DNA of 64,000 nt from a bacterium (GTDB taxonomy: Bacteria; Patescibacteriota; Minisyncoccia; Phycocordibacterales; UBA918). This document shows, piece after piece, positions 1 through 9,805 of this stretch (position 1 is its first letter; every line of letters starts with the position of its first letter). A program made the position numbers and the translations under genes. The stretch is from NCBI GenBank assembly GCA_043719295.1, contig JAYSUD010000001.1:97700-161699 (forward strand). Reading direction: 5' to 3'. The notes under the pieces were generated by a model. The model was not told where the DNA came from. It saw only the letters and a list, made by a program, of their open reading frames with translations, and did no database searches.

Positions 1-172
1 AGCGCAAGTGGTAGCACAACCAAGTTCGTTTTTGTCAGACTATATGGTGTACTTGGTACTCTCAATCTCAACGGTAGCTATTGGACTTGTGCTTATATTG
101 CTCGGACTTCATTTAGACTCACGTCAACGAAAATTTGGAATACTTGAACCAAAACAAGACGTGCTTGTATGA
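1..172 (+). CDS. 3' end of an upstream membrane protein (partial; gene begins before the window)
   Basis: Open frame 2..172 with no stops and a hydrophobic stretch LVLSISTVAIGLVLILLGL; its TGA overlaps the ATG of the next gene (ATGA), suggesting translational coupling. Confidence 0.3.
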   Translation, partial: AQVVAQPSSFLSDYMVYLVLSISTVAIGLVLILLGLHLDSRQRKFGILEPKQDVLV

Positions 173-1518
173 TCTCGTTCTTATTTTCACAAATTGTCAA
201 AGGTGCCCTCTATATAAAACAGCATCCACAGCTGTTGTTCGTATTGATTCTCCTTATTGTCATGCCTTTGTTGTTTTTGTACACAGGTCAACAATTTCTT
301 GATGTAAGCAAGTCAAATCAAGACAGACTACAAAAAGACAAGGTTGGAATTATGCACGACACACTTGCTTCGTTGCTTAAAGCAACTTCGTTTGATTCAG
401 TCATAATTGATACAGAATTATCAAAAATTGTAACTCTTAATCCCGACATTGTTGACTACATTGTTGCCAAAAAGGAGAATGGAGTGATTGTGCCTTTTGT
501 CGCAAAGAACGAGAAAACACTTGGTGTCACACCAACTGATGTTGATCTCTATGTGAATTCTTCACTTCGTACTGATGAGTCAATTATTTTCGAATTCCTA
601 GAAAATGAAGCAAGAACGTGGTCTGCATATCGATATGTGCAAAGTGAGACTGGCGACTCATACTTTATTTATACAAAACTTTCGCTCTCGGCAACTGATA
701 CACTTTTTGCACAAAAAGAGCGTCAGGCGTACATGAGTTTACTCTTCGTGTATCTCTTTATTATCGCGCTTGCATATTGGCACATAAAACTTACCGACTA
801 TCGTTTTTTGTATGTACAAGCCAAACAAGCAATAGAAATGAAAGATCTGTTTACTAACATGATTGCACACGAACTTCGAGCGCCACTTACTGCAATACGT
901 GGGTATGCAAGTATCTTAGAACATAACAGTGTAAACGGAGCTCAAAAAGAACAGGCAAGTCGCATCGAACAATCTTCAGAACGACTTCTCCTTATTATCA
1001 ATGATCTACTTGATGTGGCTCGTATACAATCTGGAAAATTAACGGTAACTAAAGAACCTGTTGATGTAACACAAGTTATTGATGCTGTATTAGAAGAGTT
1101 AACAATATCTGCAGAAGAAAAACAAATAGTGTTGAAGCGAGAAGAGATACTTCATAATCCAGTTGTAATAAGTGACACTGCACGTTTGCATCAAGCTATG
1201 ACCAACTTAGTAAGTAATGCAATTAAGTACACCAAAGATGGCACAATCACAATTGGAATCGAAGAAAAACGAGCGTTTGTAGAAATACGGGTAAAAGATA
1301 CGGGTATGGGAATTTCATCGGATGATCAGAAAAAGTTATTCGCACCTTTTTTCAGAGTTGCACATGCTGACATTAGCTCGATTACCGGTACAGGCCTTGG
1401 CATGTGGATTACCAAGCAATTGATTGAACTTATGGGCGGTTCTATAGGTGTTGAATCAATTAAGAATGTTGGAACACAGATTGTGATTTTACTCCCTAAA
1501 GAACTAAAAGTGAGTTAA
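169..1518 (+). CDS. Membrane-anchored sensor histidine kinase (orphan; no cognate response regulator adjacent)
   Basis: N-terminal TM helix. HisKA H-box AHELRAPLTAIRGYASIL. HATPase_c G-boxes DTGMGI and GTGLGMWITKQLIELMGGSIGVES. Confidence 0.85.
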   Translation: MISFLFSQIVKGALYIKQHPQLLFVLILLIVMPLLFLYTGQQFLDVSKSNQDRLQKDKVGIMHDTLASLLKATSFDSVIIDTELSKIVTLNPDIVDYIVAKKENGVIVPFVAKNEKTLGVTPTDVDLYVNSSLRTDESIIFEFLENEARTWSAYRYVQSETGDSYFIYTKLSLSATDTLFAQKERQAYMSLLFVYLFIIALAYWHIKLTDYRFLYVQAKQAIEMKDLFTNMIAHELRAPLTAIRGYASILEHNSVNGAQKEQASRIEQSSERLLLIINDLLDVARIQSGKLTVTKEPVDVTQVIDAVLEELTISAEEKQIVLKREEILHNPVVISDTARLHQAMTNLVSNAIKYTKDGTITIGIEEKRAFVEIRVKDTGMGISSDDQKKLFAPFFRVAHADISSITGTGLGMWITKQLIELMGGSIGVESIKNVGTQIVILLPKELKVS

Positions 1519-1527
1519 GACGTACAC

Positions 1528-1710
1528 AAACGGCACACTTCTTCGTTGTACTGCGCAAAATACTCCTCAATGTACTATGCGTACACCTCGTCATATTTTA
1601 CTTGTTTCCTACTGAAACTGTTTAGGTTATCGCTCTTTTTCCAAAAGAGTAGGCAACCTCTTGCGAAGTGACATTAAGTCACTTCTCACGCCTCGAATTG
1701 CACTCGTTTG
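1528..1710. repeat. Copy A of the dispersed ~100-bp intergenic element (GGCACACTTCTTCGTTGTACTGCGCAAAATA...CCTCGAATTGCACTCGTTT), carrying an extra ~85-bp internal insertion
   Basis: Near-identical to the copies at 42381, 44101, 52282, 56822 and 57574. Lies between the histidine kinase stop and the uvrA start. Confidence 0.7.
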
Positions 1711-1844
1711 TGCACGTCTTATTGTAAGTTTTTTAAAATTGGTTTGTTTAAGAGAAATTAGGTATACTCTTCGTATACAACTTGTGCCCGCATGCACAAG
1801 CTATTTTAAGTGGTACAAAACATTACAATATTAAATCAATTATT

Positions 1845-4484
1845 ATGCCGGCAAAAAAAACAACAGTGAAATGGGAAGAGCCGGTTGGAGGACAAAAAAT
1901 CATTGTTCGTGGTGCACGTACACACAATCTTAAAAACATTGATGTGGAGATGCCGCGAGGAAAAATGATTGCAATCACCGGACCCTCAGGGAGCGGGAAG
2001 TCTTCGCTTGCATTTGATACTATTTTTGCTGAAGGACAACGTCGTTATGTTGAGTCACTTTCTCCATACGCACGACAGTTTCTCAATAAAATGCAAAAAC
2101 CTGATGTTGATGAGATCTCCGGCCTCTCTCCTGCAATTTCTATTGATCAAAAATCGGCAAGTCGGAACCCACGTTCAACGGTAGCAACAATTACCGAGAT
2201 TTATGACTACTTGCGTATTTTGTATGCACGTGTTGGGCAACCGTATTGCCTTGATGTTGATGTACAGATTCAAAAACTTTCACAAGATGAAATCCTCGGC
2301 ATTGTATTAAAATCAATTGAAGAAAAAGAAGTACAAAAAGCAACAAAAGAACAAACACAAAGTGTGATGGGTATTGAGCTTTCTAAAGGCAGAGTTTCCA
2401 TTTTCTCACCGGTAGTTGTAGGACGTAAAGGTGAGTACTATCAACTTCTCTATGACCTTTTAGCTAAAGGATACGAAACCGTTAAAATTGATGGAGAAAT
2501 AAAACAACTTCGAGAAAAAATTATTCTTACAAAAACAAAACGCCACGACATTGACGTGCTTGTAGATGAGATCTACGTAAGTGAATTTACCCAAGATCCT
2601 AAAAACTCACGAGAGCGACTTTCGGAAGCTGTTGAACTTGCGCTCGCACAGTCAAATGGGTTGGTAAAAATTAAAAGTCCCGACGGAGCAGAACGAACAC
2701 TTTCAGCGAAGTTCATCTGTCCTTCTGACGGATCATCATTTCCTGAGGTTGAACCACGTCTGTTCTCGTTTAACTCACCGTATGGTGCCTGTCCTGAATG
2801 TAATGGTTTAGGAGTTGTGGGGATTTTCCAAAGTGATGTGTGTACGGTGTGTAAAGGTGCTCGATTGCGTCCTGAAGCGTTGCGTGTCTACCTTGGAGGA
2901 GATGGAAAGAAAAACCTCGGAATGAATATTGTTGATTTTACAAACCTCACCGTTAAAGGTGCAACCGATTTCATTGCACAGCTACAGTTAAGTAAGCGAC
3001 AACACGACATTGCATGGCCTGCATTACGTGAAATTGTTGAACGTCTTGAGTTTATGAATAACGTCGGTATTGAGTACCTTACGTTAAATCGTCGTGCAAA
3101 CACCCTTTCAGGAGGTGAAGCACAGCGTATTCGTCTTGCGTCACAGCTTGGTTCGGGCCTTGTTGGAGCACTCTATGTACTTGATGAACCAACAATTGGG
3201 TTACATCAACGGGATAACGACAAACTCGTTAAAACACTCCGTGAACTTTGTGATCTTGGAAATACCATCATTATTGTTGAGCATGATGAAGACACTATCT
3301 ATGCGTCGGACTACCTTATTGATATCGGCCCTGGAGCAGGAACCCATGGAGGGGAAGTGGTGGTGTCGGGCTATTTAGAGCCACTGTTAACTGCTAAAAC
3401 AAATGTATCAGGCTCAATTACGCTTGACTACCTTCGAGGAGACAAAACAATTGCAATACCGGAACGACGTTCAAGTGAGAAAGGTTCAATTAAAATTAAA
3501 GGAGGAAAAGCATTCAACATTAAAAACTTAAATGTTGATATTCCGCTTGGACGTTTGATTACTGTAACCGGAGTTTCAGGAAGTGGTAAGTCAACCTTCA
3601 TGTACGAGATTCTTCATAAGAACCTCCAGTCACGACTTGAAAAAAAGTTTAGAACTCCACATACATACAACTGTACTTCCTTTAGTGGAAGCGAATACCT
3701 TGGGCGATCAATCCTCATTGATCAGTCACCAATTGGAAGAACTCCTCGCTCAAACCCCGCAACATACACGGGTGCGTTTTCACATATTCGTGACATGTTT
3801 GCAGCCTCAGGCGAAGCACGTGCCCGCGGGTGGAAGCCAGGACGATTTAGTTTCAACGTTAAAGGTGGTCGGTGTGAAGCGTGCCAAGGAAATGGTGAGA
3901 TAGCCGTTGAGATGCACTTCCTTCCAACGGTTTACGTGATGTGTGACATCTGCGATGGAAAGCGATTTACAAAAGAAACTCTAGAAGTAACCTACAAGGG
4001 TAAAAACATTTACGAGGTTTTAAACCTCACTATTGAAGAAGCAACGAAGTTCTTTAAAGATGTACCATCAATTCACGAACGTCTTGCGTCGTTGCTTGAT
4101 GTGGGACTCGGATACCTTGCTCTTGGACAAAGTGCAACCACGCTTTCAGGTGGAGAAGCACAGCGGGTTAAAATTGCCTCTGAACTGTATCGTCCGCATA
4201 CACAAAAAAGTATCTACCTCCTTGATGAGCCAACTATAGGTCTCCATTACGAAGACGTTAAAAAACTCATTGAAATTCTGCAACAACTCGTTGTTCGTGG
4301 GAATACCGTGATGGTTATTGAGCACAATCTCGACTTAATCAAGTCTTCTGACTACATTCTCGATATTGGCCCTGAAGGTGGTCTTGGAGGCGGTAATTTG
4401 GTCGCTAAAGGCACCCCTGAAGAGGTGGCACAAGTTGAAAAGTCCCATACAGGTCGGTATTTGAAGCGTGCATTAGAAAAGTAA
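1845..4484 (+). CDS. uvrA: Excinuclease ABC subunit A
   Basis: Two ABC ATPase modules: Walker [17 protein letters not shown] and GVSGSGKST; signature [12 protein letters not shown] and [12 protein letters not shown]. Zn-finger Cys pairs CPECNG...CTVC and CEAC...CDIC. True start is probably ATG 1845 (MPAKKTT); the listed ORF starts earlier at 1782. Confidence 0.95.
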   Translation: MPAKKTTVKWEEPVGGQKIIVRGARTHNLKNIDVEMPRGKMIAITGPSGSGKSSLAFDTIFAEGQRRYVESLSPYARQFLNKMQKPDVDEISGLSPAISIDQKSASRNPRSTVATITEIYDYLRILYARVGQPYCLDVDVQIQKLSQDEILGIVLKSIEEKEVQKATKEQTQSVMGIELSKGRVSIFSPVVVGRKGEYYQLLYDLLAKGYETVKIDGEIKQLREKIILTKTKRHDIDVLVDEIYVSEFTQDPKNSRERLSEAVELALAQSNGLVKIKSPDGAERTLSAKFICPSDGSSFPEVEPRLFSFNSPYGACPECNGLGVVGIFQSDVCTVCKGARLRPEALRVYLGGDGKKNLGMNIVDFTNLTVKGATDFIAQLQLSKRQHDIAWPALREIVERLEFMNNVGIEYLTLNRRANTLSGGEAQRIRLASQLGSGLVGALYVLDEPTIGLHQRDNDKLVKTLRELCDLGNTIIIVEHDEDTIYASDYLIDIGPGAGTHGGEVVVSGYLEPLLTAKTNVSGSITLDYLRGDKTIAIPERRSSEKGSIKIKGGKAFNIKNLNVDIPLGRLITVTGVSGSGKSTFMYEILHKNLQSRLEKKFRTPHTYNCTSFSGSEYLGRSILIDQSPIGRTPRSNPATYTGAFSHIRDMFAASGEARARGWKPGRFSFNVKGGRCEACQGNGEIAVEMHFLPTVYVMCDICDGKRFTKETLEVTYKGKNIYEVLNLTIEEATKFFKDVPSIHERLASLLDVGLGYLALGQSATTLSGGEAQRVKIASELYRPHTQKSIYLLDEPTIGLHYEDVKKLIEILQQLVVRGNTVMVIEHNLDLIKSSDYILDIGPEGGLGGGNLVAKGTPEEVAQVEKSHTGRYLKRALEK

Positions 4485-4581
4485 GTGAAAGTGTTAATAG
4501 TGCATTTGTACATTCATCTTTCTGGTATACTTAATTTTTAAGAGGCAAAGTGCTTCGTAACCTTAAGCAAGGGAGTTCCTA

Positions 4582-4908
4582 ATGAACGTTCTTTCAACAA
4601 ATCGTGCTGATGCACTGTCGACAGCGTTTGGTGATGCAAAGAATAATCCACTTTCAGCAGTTTGTTGCATCAATCTCGATGTTACTTCAAGTCAAGAAGA
4701 GGTTACTTCAACCTTCACCAAAGTTTTTTTATCAAGATCAAAAAACAACCTGACTTTTGAGTGGTCCCAAAGAACACTCGCTGAAGGCATAAAGCTCTTT
4801 ATTAGGGAAAAGCAAATTCCAGATTTTGTCGCTCGGTTTATCGCCGGTGTCTCTATCGGGGAAATCGACCCAACGACAGTAGTTACCCAAACGAAGTCGC
4901 CGCCCTAA
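4582..4908 (+). CDS. Hypothetical protein
   Basis: 108-aa ORF between uvrA and uvrC, followed by a GC hairpin GTCGCCGCC...GGTGGCGAC. No recognisable motif. Confidence 0.35.
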   Translation: MNVLSTNRADALSTAFGDAKNNPLSAVCCINLDVTSSQEEVTSTFTKVFLSRSKNNLTFEWSQRTLAEGIKLFIREKQIPDFVARFIAGVSIGEIDPTTVVTQTKSPP

Positions 4909-4947
4909 CTAGGTGGCGACTGTTACGTTTGGTATAGTTGATAATCA

Positions 4948-6183
4948 ATGGAAAAAATAGCCCTGACAAAAAAGAAACTACCTGATTCGCCTGGCGTGTA
5001 TTTTTTCTTAGGGTCAAAAAAAGAAATTCTATACATAGGCAAAGCTACCTCACTTAAAAGTCGGTTACAGAGTTATTTTTCATCTGATATTGCAACAAAA
5101 CGTTCAAAGCTTATAGAACAAATGGTATCAGAAGCAAAATCAGTTGATGTAACAAAAACTGATTCGGTACTGGAGGCTCTTATCTTAGAGTGCAACCTCA
5201 TTCGAACGCACAAACCAAAGTACAACTCAATATCAAAAGACGATAAAAGTTATAACCACTTAGTAATAACCAATGAAGAATTTCCGCGGGTTCTTGTTGT
5301 TCGCGGAAAAGACCTCACGGCAAAATTCAACGAAGATGAAATTTTGTATCACTTTGGTCCGTTCACCAGTGGCACGTTGTTTAGAGAAGCACTTAACATC
5401 ATTCGGAAGTTATTTAAATTTTATGACACAAAAGTCCCTGTAGGAAAAGAAAAGTCTAAGATGGCACGAGGATTGATTGATTTTAATAAACAAATTGGAC
5501 TTTTTCCAACAGAAGATAATAAAAAACAATACAACCAAACTATTCGCTATGTTCGACTTTTTTTCCAAGGGAAGAAAAAACAAATTATTGCTGAACTGCA
5601 AAAAGAAATGATGTCGCTTGCAAAAAAGCAGTTATTTGAAGATGCGAACATCATAAAACGTAAAATATACGCGTTGCAACACATTCAAGATGTTGCACTT
5701 ATTAAAGATGAGTCTAAAAAATATACCGATGACCGAAGAGTACGTATTGAAGCGTACGACATTGCACACCTGGCTGGGGAAGACATGGTTGGTGTAATGA
5801 CAGTGGTTGAAGGTGGCGAAGCACGTTCTTTTGAATACAAAAAGTTTAAAATTAGAAGTCAAACAGGAAGCAATGACGTAGGAGCTCTTAAAGAAGTACT
5901 TACAAGAAGACTCGCGCACCCAGAGTGGACCCTGCCACAAATTATTGTTGTAGACGGAAGTACTGCACAGAAAAATGCAGCCGAACACGTGTTGCGAACA
6001 CACGATATTCTCATTCCTGTTGTTGCAGTTGTAAAAGATGAGCGCCATAAACCAATACGTGTCATTGCCTCAAAAAAACTCTTAGCTATGTATGAGAGTG
6101 ATATACTCTTGTGTAACGCAGAGTCACATAGATTTGCACTTGCATACCACCAAAAGAAACGAAATAAACGAGCCCTTTTGTAA
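4948..6183 (+). CDS. uvrC: Excinuclease ABC subunit C, short form (GIY-YIG plus RNase H-like endonuclease domain, no C-terminal (HhH)2)
   Basis: GIY-YIG motif GVYFFLGSKKEILYIGKATSLKSRLQSY. C-terminal UvrC endonuclease region RIEAYDIAHLAGEDMVGVMTV. Only 411 aa versus ~600 for a typical UvrC. Confidence 0.75.
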   Translation: MEKIALTKKKLPDSPGVYFFLGSKKEILYIGKATSLKSRLQSYFSSDIATKRSKLIEQMVSEAKSVDVTKTDSVLEALILECNLIRTHKPKYNSISKDDKSYNHLVITNEEFPRVLVVRGKDLTAKFNEDEILYHFGPFTSGTLFREALNIIRKLFKFYDTKVPVGKEKSKMARGLIDFNKQIGLFPTEDNKKQYNQTIRYVRLFFQGKKKQIIAELQKEMMSLAKKQLFEDANIIKRKIYALQHIQDVALIKDESKKYTDDRRVRIEAYDIAHLAGEDMVGVMTVVEGGEARSFEYKKFKIRSQTGSNDVGALKEVLTRRLAHPEWTLPQIIVVDGSTAQKNAAEHVLRTHDILIPVVAVVKDERHKPIRVIASKKLLAMYESDILLCNAESHRFALAYHQKKRNKRALL

Positions 6184-6325
6184 CAAAATTCGAATTGTGC
6201 TTGTTATAGCTAACGAGTATGAATCCCGTTAGAAGTTAATGGGATATCTCAAATCGAGGAAAAGAGTGTTTTTTTGTAGAGAGTGTAGAATGTAAGCATT
6301 AAATTATTAATTAACTTCTAACGGG

Positions 6326-7171
6326 ATGAAAATCGGATTTATCGGACAAGGTTGGATAGGGAAACATTACGCAGACGAATTTGAATCACGCATGTATACG
6401 GTTGTTCGCTATTCGCTTGAAGAACCATACGTACAAAATAAAGCACAAATTGCAGATTGTGAAGTGGTGTTTATTGCAGTTCCAACACCAACACATAATG
6501 GTGTTTTTGATGCATCTATTGTAAGTGATGCTTTAGCACTTGTTGGGGAGGGTCACACGGCTGTTATAAAATCAACTCTTATCCCAGGAACTACAGAAGC
6601 ATTACAAAAAAAATACCCTTCAATCTTCGTACTCCATAGTCCTGAGTTTCTCGTTGAAGCAACTGCAGCACATGATGCTGCAAAACCCCAACGTAACTTA
6701 GTAGGTATTCCAATTGATACTCCAGAATATCGAGAGAAGGCAGTTTCTATACTTCGTATTTTACCTGAAGCTCCGTATAAAAAAGTAATGTTGTCACGTG
6801 ATGCTGAGATGGTTAAGTACGCTGGTAACTGTTTTCTTTTTACAAAAGTACTCTACATGAACCTTTTGTATGACTTAGCACAAGCAAGTGGCTGTAACTG
6901 GCAGTCTCTACAAGAAGCACTTGTCCACGATCCACGTATTGGCACAAGTCATACACAACCAGCCCATGGTACAGGTCGCGGTGCAGGAGGTCATTGTCTT
7001 ATTAAAGATTTTGAAGCAATGCGGCTTCTCTATAAAGACGTGGTTGGCGATACCCAAGGCGATGACCTATTGCGTGCAATGGTAGAGACGAATAATGCAT
7101 TACTTAAAAACAGTAATAAAGATTTAGATTTACTTGAGGGAGTGTATGGAAAGGACCTCAACGTTGTGTAA
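6326..7171 (+). CDS. UDP-glucose/GDP-mannose dehydrogenase family protein, short form lacking the C-terminal sugar-nucleotide domain
   Basis: Rossmann start MKIGFIGQGWIGKHYA. Catalytic-Cys motif GAGGHCLIKD, matching GGxCFxKD of the UDPGDH family. Confidence 0.55.
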   Translation: MKIGFIGQGWIGKHYADEFESRMYTVVRYSLEEPYVQNKAQIADCEVVFIAVPTPTHNGVFDASIVSDALALVGEGHTAVIKSTLIPGTTEALQKKYPSIFVLHSPEFLVEATAAHDAAKPQRNLVGIPIDTPEYREKAVSILRILPEAPYKKVMLSRDAEMVKYAGNCFLFTKVLYMNLLYDLAQASGCNWQSLQEALVHDPRIGTSHTQPAHGTGRGAGGHCLIKDFEAMRLLYKDVVGDTQGDDLLRAMVETNNALLKNSNKDLDLLEGVYGKDLNVV

Positions 7172-7207
7172 ATTTTATTCATAAAAGCCCTGTGATAGAA
7201 TAATTGT

Positions 7208-8185
7208 ATGTTTGACGCTCCTCACAAAAACAGAATAGCAGTGTTACGAGGTGGCCCTTGTGTTGAGCATGATATCTCCATGAAAACAGGAGGTGGCGTT
7301 CTTGCAACGCTTATTGATACTCCTTTTGTTACCAAAGACATCATTATTACAAAAGGCGGTGAGTGGCTCGTGCATGGCTTTGTAAAAACACCAGAACAAG
7401 CACTTGTTGATATCGACATTGTATTTATCGCACTTCACGGAAGTTATGGCGAAGACGGTACGGTACAAAGAATTTTAGAGCGTCTTAACATGCCGTACAC
7501 GGGGAGTAATTCCTTTGCCTCATGTATTGCAATGAACAAAGTCCTTACTAAGGAATTTCTCAAAAAACAAAGTACAACCATAAAGATGGCACCACACATT
7601 AAGATTACTAAAGACGGTGTTGCTAACGTAACTCAACTTGCAACAAGTATCATGCAATTGTTTGGACCAGAGTACGTCATTAAACCCGTTTCAGGTGGTT
7701 CGTCTATTGGTACTGTCTTAGCTACCCAAGGAAGTTTGGTACGAAGCATTGTGTCTGCACTTGAAGAGAACGACGAAATAATTGTCGAACAAAGAATTAA
7801 TGGAAAAGAGGCAACCGTTGGAATCTTAGAAAACTTTAGATCACAACCGCACTATCAACTACCTGAAATTGAAATTGTACCTCCAGAAAACGCAGAGTTT
7901 TTCTCAGCAGACGTAAAATATACCGGAGAAACTCAAGAAATCTGTCCGGGTAGATTTTCAAGAGCAGAAAAAGATGAGTTACTCCAAATTGCTAAAGATG
8001 TACATATCATTCTAGGTCTTAAGCAATACTCTCGTTCCGACTTTATCGTAGCAGAAGACGGTATCTACTTCCTTGAGGTAAACACACTTCCGGGGTTAAC
8101 TTCACAATCACTATTTCCAAAATCAATGGAGGCTGTTGGAAGTAGCTATAATGAACTAGTAGTTCACTTGCTCACAACAGTTTAG
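7208..8185 (+). CDS. ddl: D-alanine--D-alanine ligase
   Basis: ATP-grasp family: IALHGSYGEDGTVQRILERLNMPYTGSN...EYVIKPVSGGSSIG...YFLEVNTLPGLT. Confidence 0.85.
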   Translation: MFDAPHKNRIAVLRGGPCVEHDISMKTGGGVLATLIDTPFVTKDIIITKGGEWLVHGFVKTPEQALVDIDIVFIALHGSYGEDGTVQRILERLNMPYTGSNSFASCIAMNKVLTKEFLKKQSTTIKMAPHIKITKDGVANVTQLATSIMQLFGPEYVIKPVSGGSSIGTVLATQGSLVRSIVSALEENDEIIVEQRINGKEATVGILENFRSQPHYQLPEIEIVPPENAEFFSADVKYTGETQEICPGRFSRAEKDELLQIAKDVHIILGLKQYSRSDFIVAEDGIYFLEVNTLPGLTSQSLFPKSMEAVGSSYNELVVHLLTTV

Positions 8186-8200
8186 TTCCTACCTATCAAT

Positions 8201-8497
8201 ATGAAAAAGAAAGTGACTCCACTAACAAAAAAAGAGATTCTTAAACTTAAAAAGTCGCTACCTTTGTGGACATTCAATAAAAAGGAAACAGAAATCTCGC
8301 GAACCTATACAACCAAAACACACATTGATGCTTTGGTGCTCATCGCTCGTATTACCGTTCATGCTCAAGTTTTAAATCATCATCCAGAAATTATTTTTTC
8401 ATACGCTAAACTTAAAATCACCCTCACCACGCACGATGTTAAAGGACTTTCTAAACTTGATCTAGAGCTAGCTACACAGATTGACTTACTTTTATAA
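8201..8497 (+). CDS. Pterin-4a-carbinolamine dehydratase (PCD/DCoH)
   Basis: Family signature [EDKH]-x-H-[HN]-P present as NHHPEIIF. Size ~98 aa. Confidence 0.7.
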   Translation: MKKKVTPLTKKEILKLKKSLPLWTFNKKETEISRTYTTKTHIDALVLIARITVHAQVLNHHPEIIFSYAKLKITLTTHDVKGLSKLDLELATQIDLLL

Positions 8498-8561
8498 GTT
8501 GTATCGAGTAAAGGGGATAATTAAATACTCACACAAACATCGAGTGCTATACTGTTTGTAT

Positions 8562-9197
8562 ATGGAAGGACATAGACATGAAAAAGTAGCAATCGTTATT
8601 TGTGCATACATTATTGGTTTTACCACCGCATTTATTGGCTTTGGGGTTAACTCACTTCAGAAGAAAGAAGTGCCCTATGTGCCCGTACAAGCAAACGCAA
8701 CAAAAGAAATTCAGAAAAACGTTGTCACGAGTATTAGTTTTGGAGATGATGGACTCTATGCAGTAACCCCTGCGGGCAATATCCTTCTCTCAGTTAACAA
8801 ATCAGCTCTTGAGGCAAGTGTTATTGGCGCAACAAGAAATTCGGGGTACTACTTTGCTATCGTTGATGCTGAAGCATCACGAGATGGTAAGTTTGTATAC
8901 TTCTGTGAACAGCTCATGGAAAATGACACAACCTGCGATCCATACGTCTACGACCTACAAGGTGATATTCTCCACAAAGTCTCACAAAATGGCGAAGCAA
9001 TAAGCTCAGATGTAAAAACACACGCTTCAGCATGGGACGAAAACGGCATGTTGTCCCTTAACGGAAACCAGAGTGTATCCAACGCAAAGCCATGGGAACT
9101 AGCTGTAGCTCAAAACGAAGTAATGGCAACTGAAGAAAACTCAGCAGAAGCACCAGATCAAGATCCCGTCCAATCAGAAGAAGTCCAAGTACAATAA
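8562..9197 (+). CDS. Hypothetical membrane-anchored protein
   Basis: Start taken at MEGHRHEK (second Met) to avoid overlap with the preceding gene. Single N-terminal TM VAIVICAYIIGFTTAFIGFGV; acidic Glu/Gln-rich tail. Confidence 0.45.
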   Translation: MEGHRHEKVAIVICAYIIGFTTAFIGFGVNSLQKKEVPYVPVQANATKEIQKNVVTSISFGDDGLYAVTPAGNILLSVNKSALEASVIGATRNSGYYFAIVDAEASRDGKFVYFCEQLMENDTTCDPYVYDLQGDILHKVSQNGEAISSDVKTHASAWDENGMLSLNGNQSVSNAKPWELAVAQNEVMATEENSAEAPDQDPVQSEEVQVQ

Positions 9198-9207
9198 GAG
9201 TTATTTG

Positions 9208-9236
9208 TTGACTTATTGGTCCCAAATACGTATTAT
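9208..9236 (+). promoter_or_regulatory. Sigma-70-type promoter for tRNA-Ala
   Basis: TTGACT, 17 nt, TATTAT. The -10 element ends ~45 nt upstream of the tRNA 5' end; a leader hairpin CTCACC...GGTGAG (9241..9275) lies between. Confidence 0.5.
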
Positions 9237-9281
9237 AGTGCTCACCTTGAATAACAAGTGTTATTAATAGGTGAGCAACAC

Positions 9282-9354
9282 GGGCCAATAGCTCATTTGG
9301 TAGAGCGCTTCACTTGCACTGAAGAGGCGGGGGGTTCGAATCCTCTTTGGTCCA
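9282..9354 (+). tRNA. tRNA-Ala (anticodon UGC)
   Basis: Manual cloverleaf fold. Acceptor GGGCCAA/TTGGTCC with the G3:U70 alanine identity pair. D-arm GCTC-ATTTGGTA-GAGC. Anticodon stem CTTCA/TGAAG with loop CTTGCAC. T-arm GGGGG-TTCGAAT-CCTCT (two G:U pairs). Discriminator A; CCA not encoded. Confidence 0.85.
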
Positions 9355-9421
9355 CAAACTGTAGGGCTCAAATGCGAATGCATTTGAGCCCTTTACAGTT
9401 TGCGACCAAAGAGGATTCGAA
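9335..9421. repeat. ~87-nt near-perfect palindrome whose left arm is the T-loop/acceptor 3' half of tRNA-Ala
   Basis: Left arm TTCGAATCCTCTTTGGTCCACAAACTGTAGGGCTCAAATGC; loop GAAT; right arm GCATTTGAGCCCTTTACAGTTTGCGACCAAAGAGGATTCGAA. About 38 bp of pairing with one small internal loop. Confidence 0.8.
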
Positions 9422-9564
9422 AGACGCAAGCCGGGGCCCCTCTGGGAGCGGCGGTAAAACAGTATCGGAATACTGTTTTACGGGTCGAGAGTACTTACTA
9501 GAATTGGAGCGAAGCGAACAATTATAGTTAAATAAAACTTTCTGGGAGATAGTTTTATCGTGAC

Positions 9565-9584
9565 CGATTCCTCTTTGGTCCACA
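9565..9584 (+). repeat. Direct repeat of the tRNA-Ala 3' end (candidate attR-like site)
   Basis: CGATTCCTCTTTGGTCCACA versus the tRNA 3' end CGAATCCTCTTTGGTCCACA (9337..9356): 19/20 identical, 228 bp apart. Region 9420..9730 is rich in GC hairpins (AAAACAGTAT-CGGA-ATACTGTTTT; GGGCTTC...GAAGCCC). Confidence 0.7.
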
Positions 9585-9805
9585 CCTTACTTCAAGTAAA
9601 AATATAAAACGATAGCCCTCAAAAGTGGGCTTCCTCAGAGGCCGAAGCCCTAATGCATTTATAATATTCTCAAGTAGATCGGAGTCAAGATATCGTACTG
9701 TGCTTAAATACCCAAAAACTCACCAATAACCGTGAAAAACTACAAAACTTCGTCTTTTTTCACGATTATCATTGACATAATCGTGAAAATTACTATAATA
9801 TTGAT

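Noticed and set aside
1782-1844. N-terminal extension [22 protein letters not shown] of the uvrA ORF
   Set aside because: The conserved UvrA N-terminus begins at MPAKKTT (1845). The extension overlaps the intergenic repeat and has no counterpart in the family.
1969-4239. Short ORFs inside uvrA (1969..2184, 2888..3103 minus, 3094..3378, 3583..3903, 4033..4239)
   Set aside because: Alternative-frame or antisense shadows of a well-supported 900-aa gene.
9258-9583. ORFs 9258..9527 (+) and 9368..9583 (-) overlapping the tRNA-Ala gene and its palindrome
   Set aside because: They translate through a tRNA and a GC-rich hairpin region; there is no RBS. They are frame artefacts.
9282-9600. Possibility that the tRNA-like sequence plus downstream structure is a tmRNA or a tRNA with a group I intron
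   Set aside because: The tRNA has a complete anticodon arm (UGC) and a contiguous 73-nt cloverleaf. A tmRNA lacks an anticodon arm, and an intron would not duplicate the 3' exon. The duplication fits an att-site better.
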